Below are positions 26,162-36,900 of a DNA stretch of 64,000 nucleotides, in pieces. A program made the position numbers and the translations under genes. The notes beneath the pieces are model-generated. The model was given only the letters and a program-made list of their open reading frames with translations. It was not told the origin of the DNA and ran no database searches. The DNA comes from Mytilus edulis (Eukaryota), in NCBI RefSeq assembly GCF_963676685.1, contig NC_092349.1, positions 54,622,001 through 54,686,000 on the forward strand, read 5' to 3'. The first letter of the stretch is position 1. The number at the start of each line of letters is the position of its first letter.

Positions 26162-26529
26162 TTTATAGAACCTCATCATGCTCATGTGCAAAGATAGCTA
26201 GAGAACAGCATTTCGATTAAACCATGATAGTCTGATCATTGATAACACGCGTTTGTGGAGTGCACCCCCTTTTTTATTTTTGGTTTTTATATTTTATTTG
26301 AAATGTGATTTAACAATAATAGTAATAAATCAAATCCCTTCTATCTTGAACAAATATTTGCAAATAAAATATAAAAACCAAAAATAAAAAGAGGGTCCAC
26401 TCTACAAACGGCCTGTGCATGAACACGCTTAGCTAGATGGACCCCTGTTTCAAAAACCAACTAACCAACCAAATACATGTTCAATCTTATACATTTACTA
26501 TTGGTTTTCATCCTAAATCGAAATAATAA

Positions 26530-26750
26530 AATTGAGAATGGAAATGGGGAATGTGCCAAAGAGACAACAACCCGATCGCGACCATAGGAAAAAAAACCAG
26601 CAGAAGGTCACCAACAGGTCTTCAATGTAGCGAGAATTTCCCGCACCCGGAGGCGTCCTTCAACTGGCCCCTAAACAAATATATACTAGTTCAGTGATAA
26701 TGAACGCCATACTAATTTCCAAATTGTACACAAGAAACTAAAATTAATAA
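26530..26750 (+). repeat. Dispersed SINE/PLE-like repeat
   Basis: AATAAAATTGAGAATGGAAATGGGGAATGTG...GGTCTTCAATGTAGCGAGAA also occurs at ~25475 and ~48090, and reversed at ~27430-27700. Confidence 0.7.
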
Positions 26751-27739
26751 AAACTGTTTCGCAATTACCTTTTTTTCTATTATTTTAACATCATTAATTG
26801 TCCTTTTCTAATATCAAGGAAAAATCGCACGAAAAACATGGAATGGATTTATGTTCTCTGTTTTCAAATTTAAATATTTTTTAGATGAAGTTGCTCCTTA
26901 ATTCAGTTCCTTCTTATGGTGTTTATATTTTTCCCAATTCGTTCACTATGTCTGTAGGGACTTTTCTTTTGGTTTTAGATTTCAACAATCGTAATCTATT
27001 CTATGAATATAGCTTGTAAATTATTATTACAAAGTAACGTATTTCGTAAGTAACGAGTACTCAAGGGGGATATGAATCTCGATATAAATCCAAAGGGATG
27101 TGGGTATACACCAATGAGACAGCAGCGCCATGAAGTTATTAGCCTTTTGAAACCCAGAGGACAATATATATAGTATTCAAGATGGGAGGTTTAGTGAATA
27201 GATAATTTTGGGTTAAAATATAAAGAATAGAGAATAATGAAAAAATATAAAGAATAGAGAATAATGAGATCTGCTGAAAAGAGAAAAATGGCCCTAAACA
27301 TAAAAATTTGAGAGTACAGAAATGATTTTTCCCCCGAGATATCAACATGATCAAATTCCCTGGTTCAGTTTTAACCTGGGACTTTTTAAAACTCTTTCGT
27401 TTTTAAAAATGGTAGAAATCTTTTAATGAACTGGGAGCCTCTGGCCTTTGTTAGTCTTGTATCATTTTAAATTTTAGTTAGTTTCTTGTGTACAATTTGG
27501 AGTTTAGTATTACGTTCATTATCACTGAACTAGTATATATGTCTTTTTGTTTGTTTAGGGGTTAGCTGAAGGACGCCTCCGGGTTCGGGAATTTTTCGCA
27601 GCATTGAAGACCTGTTGATGACCTTCTGCTGTTGTATGTTCTATGGTCGGGTTTTTGTCTCTTTCTTTGACACATTCCCGATTTCAATTCTCAATTTTAT
27701 TGAAATTGTACAGATTTGTTTTCTTTACATGTATTTTAG

Positions 27740-28369
27740 ACGACAGCCTGAGTCGATGGGGATACTGGAATCAGAGGTATATAAGGAGCGTAACGAGACA
27801 TTTGATTAGTTGACAGATCCTTGTTTGACAGTTCAGTCGGTTTTATCGTATTTAGAAGAAACCAAAGGTAAAGACATTTTAAATTTACTTGACTTGGGTA
27901 CCGGAACATCGCGATTCCGACCTGAATTATCTAAACATTTAAAAAGCATTCTTAATTTATTTTGTTTCGATTATGTGAATGAATGCCTACAATTTCAATG
28001 ATCTTTCATATTTCAACCAGACACTCGGAATGCTTCTAATCCTTTAGCACGAATCATGTTTGTTTGTGGTGATGCAGAACGTCTTCCATTTATAAATCAG
28101 ACACGATGAACATAATTTTCGATAAAGGCACAACAGACTCTTTACTCAAAGATAAAATAAAAGGAAAAGAAAGAACTCATTCAGTGCTGTCTTAAGTATT
28201 TAGAGTTTTATGTTCGAACGGAAAGCTGTTACTATTTACAAACGAAGACCCGGATGTAACAATTCCTTTCATGGAGGAATCGTGTAGGAACTGGAATATT
28301 TCAATTAGTTACAAAATTTTAAACAATGAAAGTATTGAATATTTCATGTATACTGTATTGAAAAAATAA
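27740..28369 (+). pseudogene. CSKMT: Class I SAM lysine methyltransferase pseudogene, CSKMT/METTL12-like
   Basis: After a tttag| acceptor: YWNQRY..ETFD*L..LLDLGTGTS..FCFDY..FVCGDAERLPF..IIFDKGTTDSLL..VFRVL..GKLL.FTNEDPDV. It carries 3 stops and 2 frameshifts. Confidence 0.75.
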
Positions 28370-28424
28370 ATACAACTCGACCTTAATTTACTTATTCTCA
28401 GTTTAATTTTCAGACCATTTTCTC

Positions 28425-29250
28425 TTTTTTATGCCCCACCTACGATAGTAGAGGGGCATTATGTTTTCTGGTCTTTGCCTCCGTCCGTCCGTCCGTCTGT
28501 CCCGCTTCAGGTTAAAGTTTTTAGTCAAGGTAGTTTTTGATAAAGTTGAAGTCCAATCAACTTGAAACTTAGTACACATGTTCCCCATGATATACTAAGT
28601 AAAGTAATTTTTCTAATTTTAATGCCAAATTAAAGTGTTGACCCCAAATTCACGGTCCACTGAACAAAGAAAGTGATAGTGCAAATTTCAGGTTAAAGTT
28701 TTGGTTAAAGTTTTTGGTCAAGGTAGTTTTTGATGAAGTTGTAGTCACATCAACTTGAAACTTAGTACACATGCTCCCCATGATATAATATTTCTAATTT
28801 TAATGCCAAATTAAAGTTTTGACCCCAATTTCACTGTCCACTGAACATAGAAAATGAAAGTGCAAAGTTCAGGTTAAAGTTTTGGTGACAGTTTTTGGTC
28901 AAGGTAGTTTTTGATGAAGTTGAAGTCACATCAACTTGAAACTTAGTACACATGCTCCCCATGATATAATATTTCTAATTTTAATGCCAAATTAAAGTTT
29001 TGACCCCAATTTCACTGTCCACTGAACATAGAAAATAAAAGTGCAAAGTTCAGGTTTTAGTTTTGGTTAAAGTTTTTGGTCAAGGTAGTTTTTGATGAGG
29101 TTGAAGTCACATCAACTTGAAACTTAGTACACATGTTCCCTATGATATTATCTTTCTAATTTTAATTTCAAATTAAAGTTATGACCCCAATTTCACATGG
29201 AAAATGATACTGCGAGTGGGGCATCCGTTAAATATGGACACATCATTGTT
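28425..29250. mobile_element. Helentron-associated non-autonomous element (HINE) with 181-bp core tandem repeats
   Basis: TTTATGCCCCAC...GGGGCAT sub-TIR/hairpin, (GTCC)n microsatellite, CAGGTT(A/T)AAGTT at 28508/28689/28870/29051, and a 3' GGGGCATCCG...GGACAC hairpin. Related copy at 45688-46113. Confidence 0.8.
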
Positions 29251-29397
29251 TGTTATTGATGTTATTGATGTTTATACTTATTTTCTTTTCTTTAAATTTC
29301 AGTCCCATTATCTCTATACTTAAATTTTTTACCTATAAATTTCAATTATTTTTTTCTCCTTTTAGTATGTTCTCTTTCTCCATCGGAGCCTAAGTCT

Positions 29398-30680
29398 TTT
29401 TAGCTCACCTGGCCCGAAGGGCCAAGTGAGCTTTTCCCATCACTTTGCGTCCGGCGTCCGGCGTCGTCCGTCGTCGTTAACTTTTACAAAAATCTTCTCT
29501 TTTAAAACTACTGGGCCAAATTTAACCAAACTTGGCAATAATCATCATTTGGGTATCTAGTTAAAAAAATGTGTCCGGTGACCCGGCCAACCAACCAAGA
29601 TGGCCGCCATAGCTAAAAATAGAACATAGGGGTAAAATGCAGTTTTTGGCTTATAACGCAAAAACCAAAGCATTTAGAGCAAATCTGACATGGGTATTAT
29701 TGTTCATCAGGTCAAGATCTATCTGCCCTGACATTTTCAGATGAATCGGACATTTCGTTGTTGGGTTGCTGCCCCTGAAATGGTAATTTTAAGGAAATTT
29801 TGCTGTTTTTGGTTATTATCTTGAATATTATTATAGATAGAGATAAACTGTAAACAGCAATAATTTTTAGCAAAGTAAGATCTACAAATAGGTCAACATG
29901 ACGAAACTGGTCAGTTGACTACTTTAGGAGTTATTGCCCTTTATAGTCAATTTTTAACCATTTTTCGTAAATCTTAGTAATCTTTTAGAAAAATCTTCTC
30001 CTCTGAAACAACTGGGCCAAATTTAACCAAACTTAGCCATAATCATCATTGGGGTATCTAGTTAAAAAAATGTGTCCGGTAACTCGGCCAACAAACCAAG
30101 ATGGCCGCCATGGCTAAAAATAGAACATGGGGGTAAAATACAGTTTTTGGCTTATAACTTAAAAACCAAAGCATTAAGAGCAAATATGATTGGAAGTAAA
30201 TTGTTGATCAGGTCACGATCTATCTGCCCTAGAATTTTCAGATGAATCGAATAATCGGTTGTTAGGTTGCTGCCCCTGAATTGGTAATTTTGAGAAAATT
30301 TTGCTGTTTTTTTTTGTTATTATCTTGAATATTATTATAGATAGAGATAAACTGTAAACAGCAATAATGTACAGCAAAGTAAGAACTAAAAATAAGTCAG
30401 TATGACCAAAATAGTCAATTGACCCCCTAAGGAGTTATTGCCCTTCATAGTCAATTTTTAACAATTTTCTTAAAATTTGAATATTTTCAATAACATTTTC
30501 CACAGAAAGTACTGTTATAGATAGAGATAATTGTAAGCAGTAAGAATGTTTAGTTAAGTAAGATCTACAAACACATCACCATCACCAAAACACAATTTTG
30601 TCATGAATCCATCTGTGTCCATTGTTTAATATTCACATAGACCAAGGTGAGCGACACAGGCTCTTTAGAGCCTCTAGTTT
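29398..30680. mobile_element. Second HINE family with ~500-bp internal tandem repeats
   Basis: TTTTAGCTCACCTGGCCCGAAGGGCCAAGTGAGCT start, (CGT)n-like microsatellite, repeats at ~29489 and ~29990, end GGTGAGCGACACAGGCTCTTTAGAGCCTCTAGTT. Confidence 0.8.
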
Positions 30681-31498
30681 GTAATTAACATACAGACCCC
30701 CGACTATGTATATAGAGTTTTATTTTTCTTTTTAAAAAAAGGTTTTGTTGGTCTTTTTGTTTGGTAAAGTCCACCATTCTTCGGCTCTCAACTCTTTAGT
30801 ATTAGAATCTTGTATTTCTTGTATTTACTTTCTGGCAATGCATTTTAATTTCTTACCCTTCATCGAGGCCCATTAGGAGGCTCTTCATCTCGCACTTAGC
30901 ACATCTCAACAGATGTTTGATGCCGGTCCACTACACGTACAGGATAGCGGAATCTTTCAGAATTCCACTAGTCTCTTTTTTTTAAACCTATATAGCCGTA
31001 ATGTAAAGATGTTTATAAGAACAAAGATGAGTGCCTGTGACCGGTTTACCTATTTGTATGTATAACATTGTTAATTATTTGAAGTTTCGTTCTGAACTTT
31101 ACAATGTACGAAATATCTGTCGCTGAACGTTAAAAAAACGCAACAACAAACAGTCTCGTTTTCAAAAGCACAAAATAATTAGTATCATAGTTGGCGGATT
31201 TTTACATTATATATATTTAGGTTCAAAATGTACATGTGTACAGAAAATAATGTTGAATGCATGTGAAACTTTAAACCACGTGATTTCTTATAATGGTAAC
31301 GACAACAACGATCGATAATCAAGTATGCATATAGGGAAATATTATTACTGTGAGTACTTTATCATGTGGTAGATATTATAGGTTGTAAAGTAAGGAATCG
31401 TACGCATGTATAATATACTTGTATAATTTTCAAATGCAGAAAAATAGTTATATATATCAAATTAAGAATTGAATAGAAAAAAAAACAGTCATGTAAAT

Positions 31499-31514
31499 AC
31501 TTTCACTTTCGTTT
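31499..31514 (-). promoter_or_regulatory. ISRE / IRF-binding element upstream of the RLR gene
   Basis: ACTTTCACTTTCGTTT, read as AAACGAAAGTGAAAGT on the minus strand (GAAANNGAAA consensus). It is 1.8 kb upstream of the ATG. An acceptor at ~33262/33276 implies a 5' UTR intron. Confidence 0.6.
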
Positions 31515-33299
31515 TAAACCGGTTTTCTGTAAATACACACACGTCAAATCGTTAAATGGATTAGATCACACGGGTTCAATGTTGGGGGTTGGGTGGTGCT
31601 GGGCTTAACTATATAATGAGTGGTAGGATCAAGTCGCTGGAATATGTCAGTATTACAATCCAATATTTGTTGCAATTATCACAAATGCAAGAAATTGGGT
31701 TTCCAACTATATAATATATTTTTACTTGGGCATTGCACGTTATCAACAAACTTGAGTCTAAACCGACTATTCATATTTAAATGGTTTTATACCATAATAA
31801 TAATATAAATAATAGCGCAAGTCAGATACCATCTGGTTCGGTTACGTAACAACGATTCATCCAATTCCCCTTTTTGACTTCTATAAATATAACCAGTCTT
31901 GTAAAATTAGAGTACGAACAATGCAATTACCCATTATTCTTTAAGTTCTGTAAATGGAGAACCAATTTTGTTGAGGCATTTCCCTATGAAGAAAAGGGTA
32001 GATTAAATGTGGTTTAAAGCTAGCTAAACCTCCAAAGACTTGTACATTTGTATACAGTTGCTTGATAGCAACTCCTTCTACATGTACATGTATTTAATTT
32101 CAATTATTTTCTTATTATTGAAATTAAATAATAATAGTTGCTATCAATTTCACACTACAATCAGAGACGAATATAAAAAATTCAGGCTAAACATAAGGCA
32201 TAGGTATCGCCTAATTCACTCACGGACGTGCGATGTCGCAGGATGTGTTCTAGTATAACAAATAAAAACGTCGTAATTTAGTAACACATTGCAGGCACCA
32301 AATTTTTTTTCGCATTTATACTTAGTCATATCTCAATTTCTTATATCAACATGTTCAATGTGATATGAGAAATATCTGGTCATGCAGGAAATAGATTACA
32401 GTCTACACACATTAGAAAGAAATCAATGTTTATGTCATTTGTACTTGCGCACATACAAAGTTCTGTTATCCTGCATCTATGAACGGTCATGTTTGAATTC
32501 CTGATTACTTTAAGTTCGTGGATAATTTTGGGGTCCTATTCACGGTCTGCGTTGTGTATATGTCCGAAAGCTTTATTTTTTCTCCCGCTGATATTACTTT
32601 ATACATGTAATGCGCTCAATGTTTTTTTAAAGAATAAAGTTATATATTGAATTAAAAAATTTCTTCAAAAAATATTAGGGGTAACAGCAAGATGTTCTTG
32701 TTATGTAATATATTTAATATGAATTAGAGATAGAGAACTTATCAGATTTGGAAGTTAGGTTTCCACGGATCCGATATAATTGAAAACATACTAGATAAAT
32801 AAATAAACTCATCCTAGATACCTAGATTGGATTTATGTATTTTTGCTAGACGAGTGTGTCGTCTACAACGAACTCAATAGTGACGCTCGAATCAAACAAG
32901 GTGAAAAGCCTAAATAAAGTACGAAGTTGAAGTGTACTGAGACCAAACATTCCTTAAAGTTTTGCCAAACACAGCTAATGTAAAAGCTAGTATTATATGT
33001 CTACCTGTATCAGATATATATCAATACTGAAAACCATGGAACATGCAATGTAGACTTTTTTCAGTTATCACATGATTCATTTATCCATCTACCAAATATA
33101 GCCATATTTGCTCTTCAGCTTTGAAATCGATTTGAGCTTCCAACAGATTCGATTTGTACGCCTTTTTGGAGTTTTATGTTTTATGTAAAAACAAAAAAAA
33201 CACATACGTCTGGTCACAAGATTATCACCCTGCTATCTTGGATAAAATTTTTCTTTCACAGGTTTGCGTTTTCAGGATAAATGATGTTTAAAAATTAGT

Positions 33300-33936
33300 A
33301 TGACCTCGATTGTTAGTTCTAGGGTTACTAATAAAACACACTATGCACGTCTTGGCCATGCTACTCAAAACCTGTTACCAAGGTTTCTACAGGAAGTATT
33401 GTTCCGTTATGAAAACCCATTGCATATATATTCCACATGCAAAGGAAATTATCAACTGTATAAATATTTCCTCAAATCGGCAGACTGGACAAAAATCAAT
33501 GAAGCGGTAACCACAGCATCATTCAGGAATTTTGATGTTCCTCTTATTTATACTATCTTACGAAATGTCCACTATACTACACTAATGCCAACTAGAAAAT
33601 GGGATGATAAAATTGACCCACTACCACATGAAACGAACACAGGGGATGACTTAGAGAGATGTCGTAGAACAAGAAATAAAATCATACACAGGGGAAACAC
33701 AGAGGTCAGTGACCAGGAATTAAAGAACTATTTTGACGAGTTTAGAGGAATTGCAGGTAGATTACAGGTTATCTGTAATAAAAAGAACAATGAATTTGTT
33801 ACGGAGTTTGAAGATCTACGAACTTGCTGTATGGACGAAGAGACAGAACGAAAATACTTGGAAGACATAAAAGAATGGCGACAGAGAAGTTTAGAGTATG
33901 AAGACCAAATTTCTCAATTAAAGGAGCACCTTGCGG
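33300..33936 (+). CDS. Exon 1 of the RLR: DZIP3/hRUL138-like HEPN domain plus coiled coil
   Basis: HYARLG...[12 protein letters not shown]...[11 protein letters not shown]....[24 protein letters not shown]...YF contains the HEPN R-N-x3-H motif (RNKIIH). Confidence 0.85.
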
Positions 33937-36900
33937 GTAAGTTTTAAAATAAATGCATCATTATGACAAAGAAACAAACACCATCTACATTGATTATTAT
34001 ATATAATTTACTTTTATTTATTGAACAGATTTGTTTTAATACAGTGTCTTGTTGTAGTGTATAAAATGTAAACACACAATCATATTATCACATCTTGTAT
34101 TAATAATATTAACAGCACACATGACTTAAAACAATTAAAAGCCAAAAAAATGGACTATTATACATTCTAATAACTTCCAAATAAAAGAATTATCAGTATT
34201 CAATGAAATTGAAAATAACTGTTACTGAATGAACATGATAATTAACAATGTTCACTTTCATATTGTGTATCCAATGATATCAAGATTGTCGGGGTACTTA
34301 AAATAATATATAATGTTTATAGTGTAAAAGGTGTCACAAACTATCCATGTAAATTGCCATAAAATGGCACTTCTTACTTATAAAAAGAAAACACCATTAA
34401 CTGTATATATAGATGACAAGTTACTACCGTTAAAAGACATTTCACTAACATAATTAAAGTTCTAAGTACTAGTTCAAACTCAGTGATCATGCTTTCGTTT
34501 TTGTTCTACAGCAATTGGTATATCGGAAAAGCAGGAAAATGAAAATGGTAAGTACATGTATAACAATTTGAATGCTCCATACCATAGGTGACTAGGTTAG
34601 TTAAAACATAGGTTGTACAATACACAAACCAAACGAGCAAATCAGAAATGTTAATACTCTTTTTATGAGGTTATGTATTGTCAGCTGAAATAATGTGAAC
34701 AGTTTTTAATCCTTTCCAACCTTGATTAAGGTTTTATTTCTTTTTTGCAACCGTATTTGAATTTTGTTAGTTTTATTTTATTCGGGGTTGTGATATATAA
34801 TAGATGAAGATTTGGTAATCCTTCGAGACCACAGGGAATGACCCACAGATTTTGGTTTGCATGGTTCATGTTTCTCAGTCTAGTTTTCTACGTTGCCTTG
34901 TCCAGCTGTATCTTAGTTTCAATATTTGAAGAAATAGACCAGAACGGATAAAGATACAAATTTTGAAACGCGTGATCTCCTGATTAGTTGTCACATAACC
35001 ATTTTGTCATCGTGAGACTGTATTTGACGTTTTATAATATGTTCTTGTGTTTTCTGTTTTAAATTGCCCATAAGGGTAGTCCGTATAATCAATTTGAAGT
35101 TATAATATGAAGTCATTTACAGGTACACAAGACATCATTTTATAATCAAAGTTTATGAATTTTAAGATAAAAAAAGTCAACATATGTTGTTTTTTTCTAT
35201 GAAGCTTTTTCTTTGTTATTTATTTTTATATTCATGTTCTTGCGTGTAAACCATTTTTGTGTATATCAATTGTGTCAAATTATATAGCCATGGCTATCAT
35301 TGTTTGTGCTTGGATTACATTTGTTTTTATTGGGGGTATTTTTTCAACGTATGATAAATGATATCCGGTACATGTAGAAAAACGTTTTATTCTGAATTAA
35401 ATTTCACCGTTACGCCCGGAACTGAAATGTATAAAAGCCAACAACAACAAGTATTTGAGAACACAAAGCTAAAATCACACGAACAGAATAGCCACAACTT
35501 TTAAAATTTAAAAGCAATATACCAACTTCACCTGCATATGGGATATTAATTTCCAACTTATTCGGTATTTAATAGCAGGCAGCTGCTAATCAGACGTAAT
35601 AAAACGTCACCACTATCTGAGCATAAAGTTGATGAACCAGGGGAATGTCAAAGAAAGTGTCGTCTTTTTTGTCTTTTTCTTAAGATACCGAGACCTTGTT
35701 GATAAATATTTGGTATCAACTTCACAATTAATATATGATTTTTTTTTATCATTTTTACCTGAGAAAATGCGTTTTTCAAACGTGTCATGACAATTTCATA
35801 ATTTAATTAACTGGCAATTCATTGATAGCATGCATCATTAAAATCGTCCCATGACCTTTGATCTGAATAATGAGTAGATTATCCTTAACGGCAGAGTCGA
35901 AATGGGGGTATGTAAAAATCGTATTCATCAAGTATCCTCAAGACCAATCATTTGACAAACGTGAACAATCTGATTTGCGGATGCACACAAAAGGAACCTT
36001 TAAGTAGTAATCGACAGCATGAACAGTGTAATGTTAACTTTTCGTCGAGGATTATTTTTACATTGTTCTATATTAACTGCCTATAGTAGACTAGATTTTT
36101 TTTATTAAATAATATTGTATACCGTTTGCAGTTGTTTTCATCAAAACTCTACAAGACACCACATGTGTTGAAGGCAATACAGTAACTTTACAATGCGTTG
36201 CTAGTGGATGTAAATATATAGCAGAATGGTCGAAGAATAACGAAGAAATTTTATACGACAGGAAAAACAGTCAGGAATGTTCCAATAACATTATCGATGG
36301 AATATATGTTCAGGTCTACAAGCACGTTATTCCAAAATCTTCATTAGAAGATAGAGGCACATATACCCTTAAACTTGGAAGTGAAACACGAAGTTGTGTG
36401 CTTTCTATCACAGGTTTGTTGAATGTGCCAGTTCATGCCCCAATGATAATATTTTGTGCATACTATCCTTAGCGAATGCATAATTGAACGATTTTATTCA
36501 CAAAAGCTCTTTAATTTTTACATTTAATTGAACAATAAAAGTTTTAAATGATAAGAACACAAAACTTAAAAGTACACTACAATAGCGTCTTTTTTTTTTT
36601 GGGGGGGGGATTAATATCATGAATCTGCTAAGTTGATTTTGTCGAAACAGTGATAACAATTCTGTACAAGGCTATCTATTTTGTTTGATAGAGCAAGCAA
36701 CTAGTTTCTTTTGCGGCGATTACATTTTTATGAATATTGAATTTGATGAAAATTACAACAAGGAATGACCTTTCGTGTTTGCACCGGAGTGTCGACATTG
36801 ATACTCCTGTGGTTGTAAAAAGGCATTAAAGATACCAGGCATACATGTATCACTTCATATGGCTGACGCCTATTTCGTAAACATAAGGCTATAAATCTGT

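Noticed and set aside
26251-26411. AT-rich hairpin as a structured ncRNA or miRNA
   Set aside because: It is better explained as a small palindromic MITE, and there is no expression evidence.
28500-29200. Regularly spaced repeats resembling a CRISPR array
   Set aside because: The whole 181-bp unit repeats with no unique spacers. The context is eukaryotic and there are no cas genes.
33300-33947. Stand-alone 215-aa HEPN gene as given by the ORF track
   Set aside because: A strong G|gtaagt donor at 33936 precedes the stop and in-phase exons follow. The helicase has no other evident start exon. Kept only as a possible isoform.
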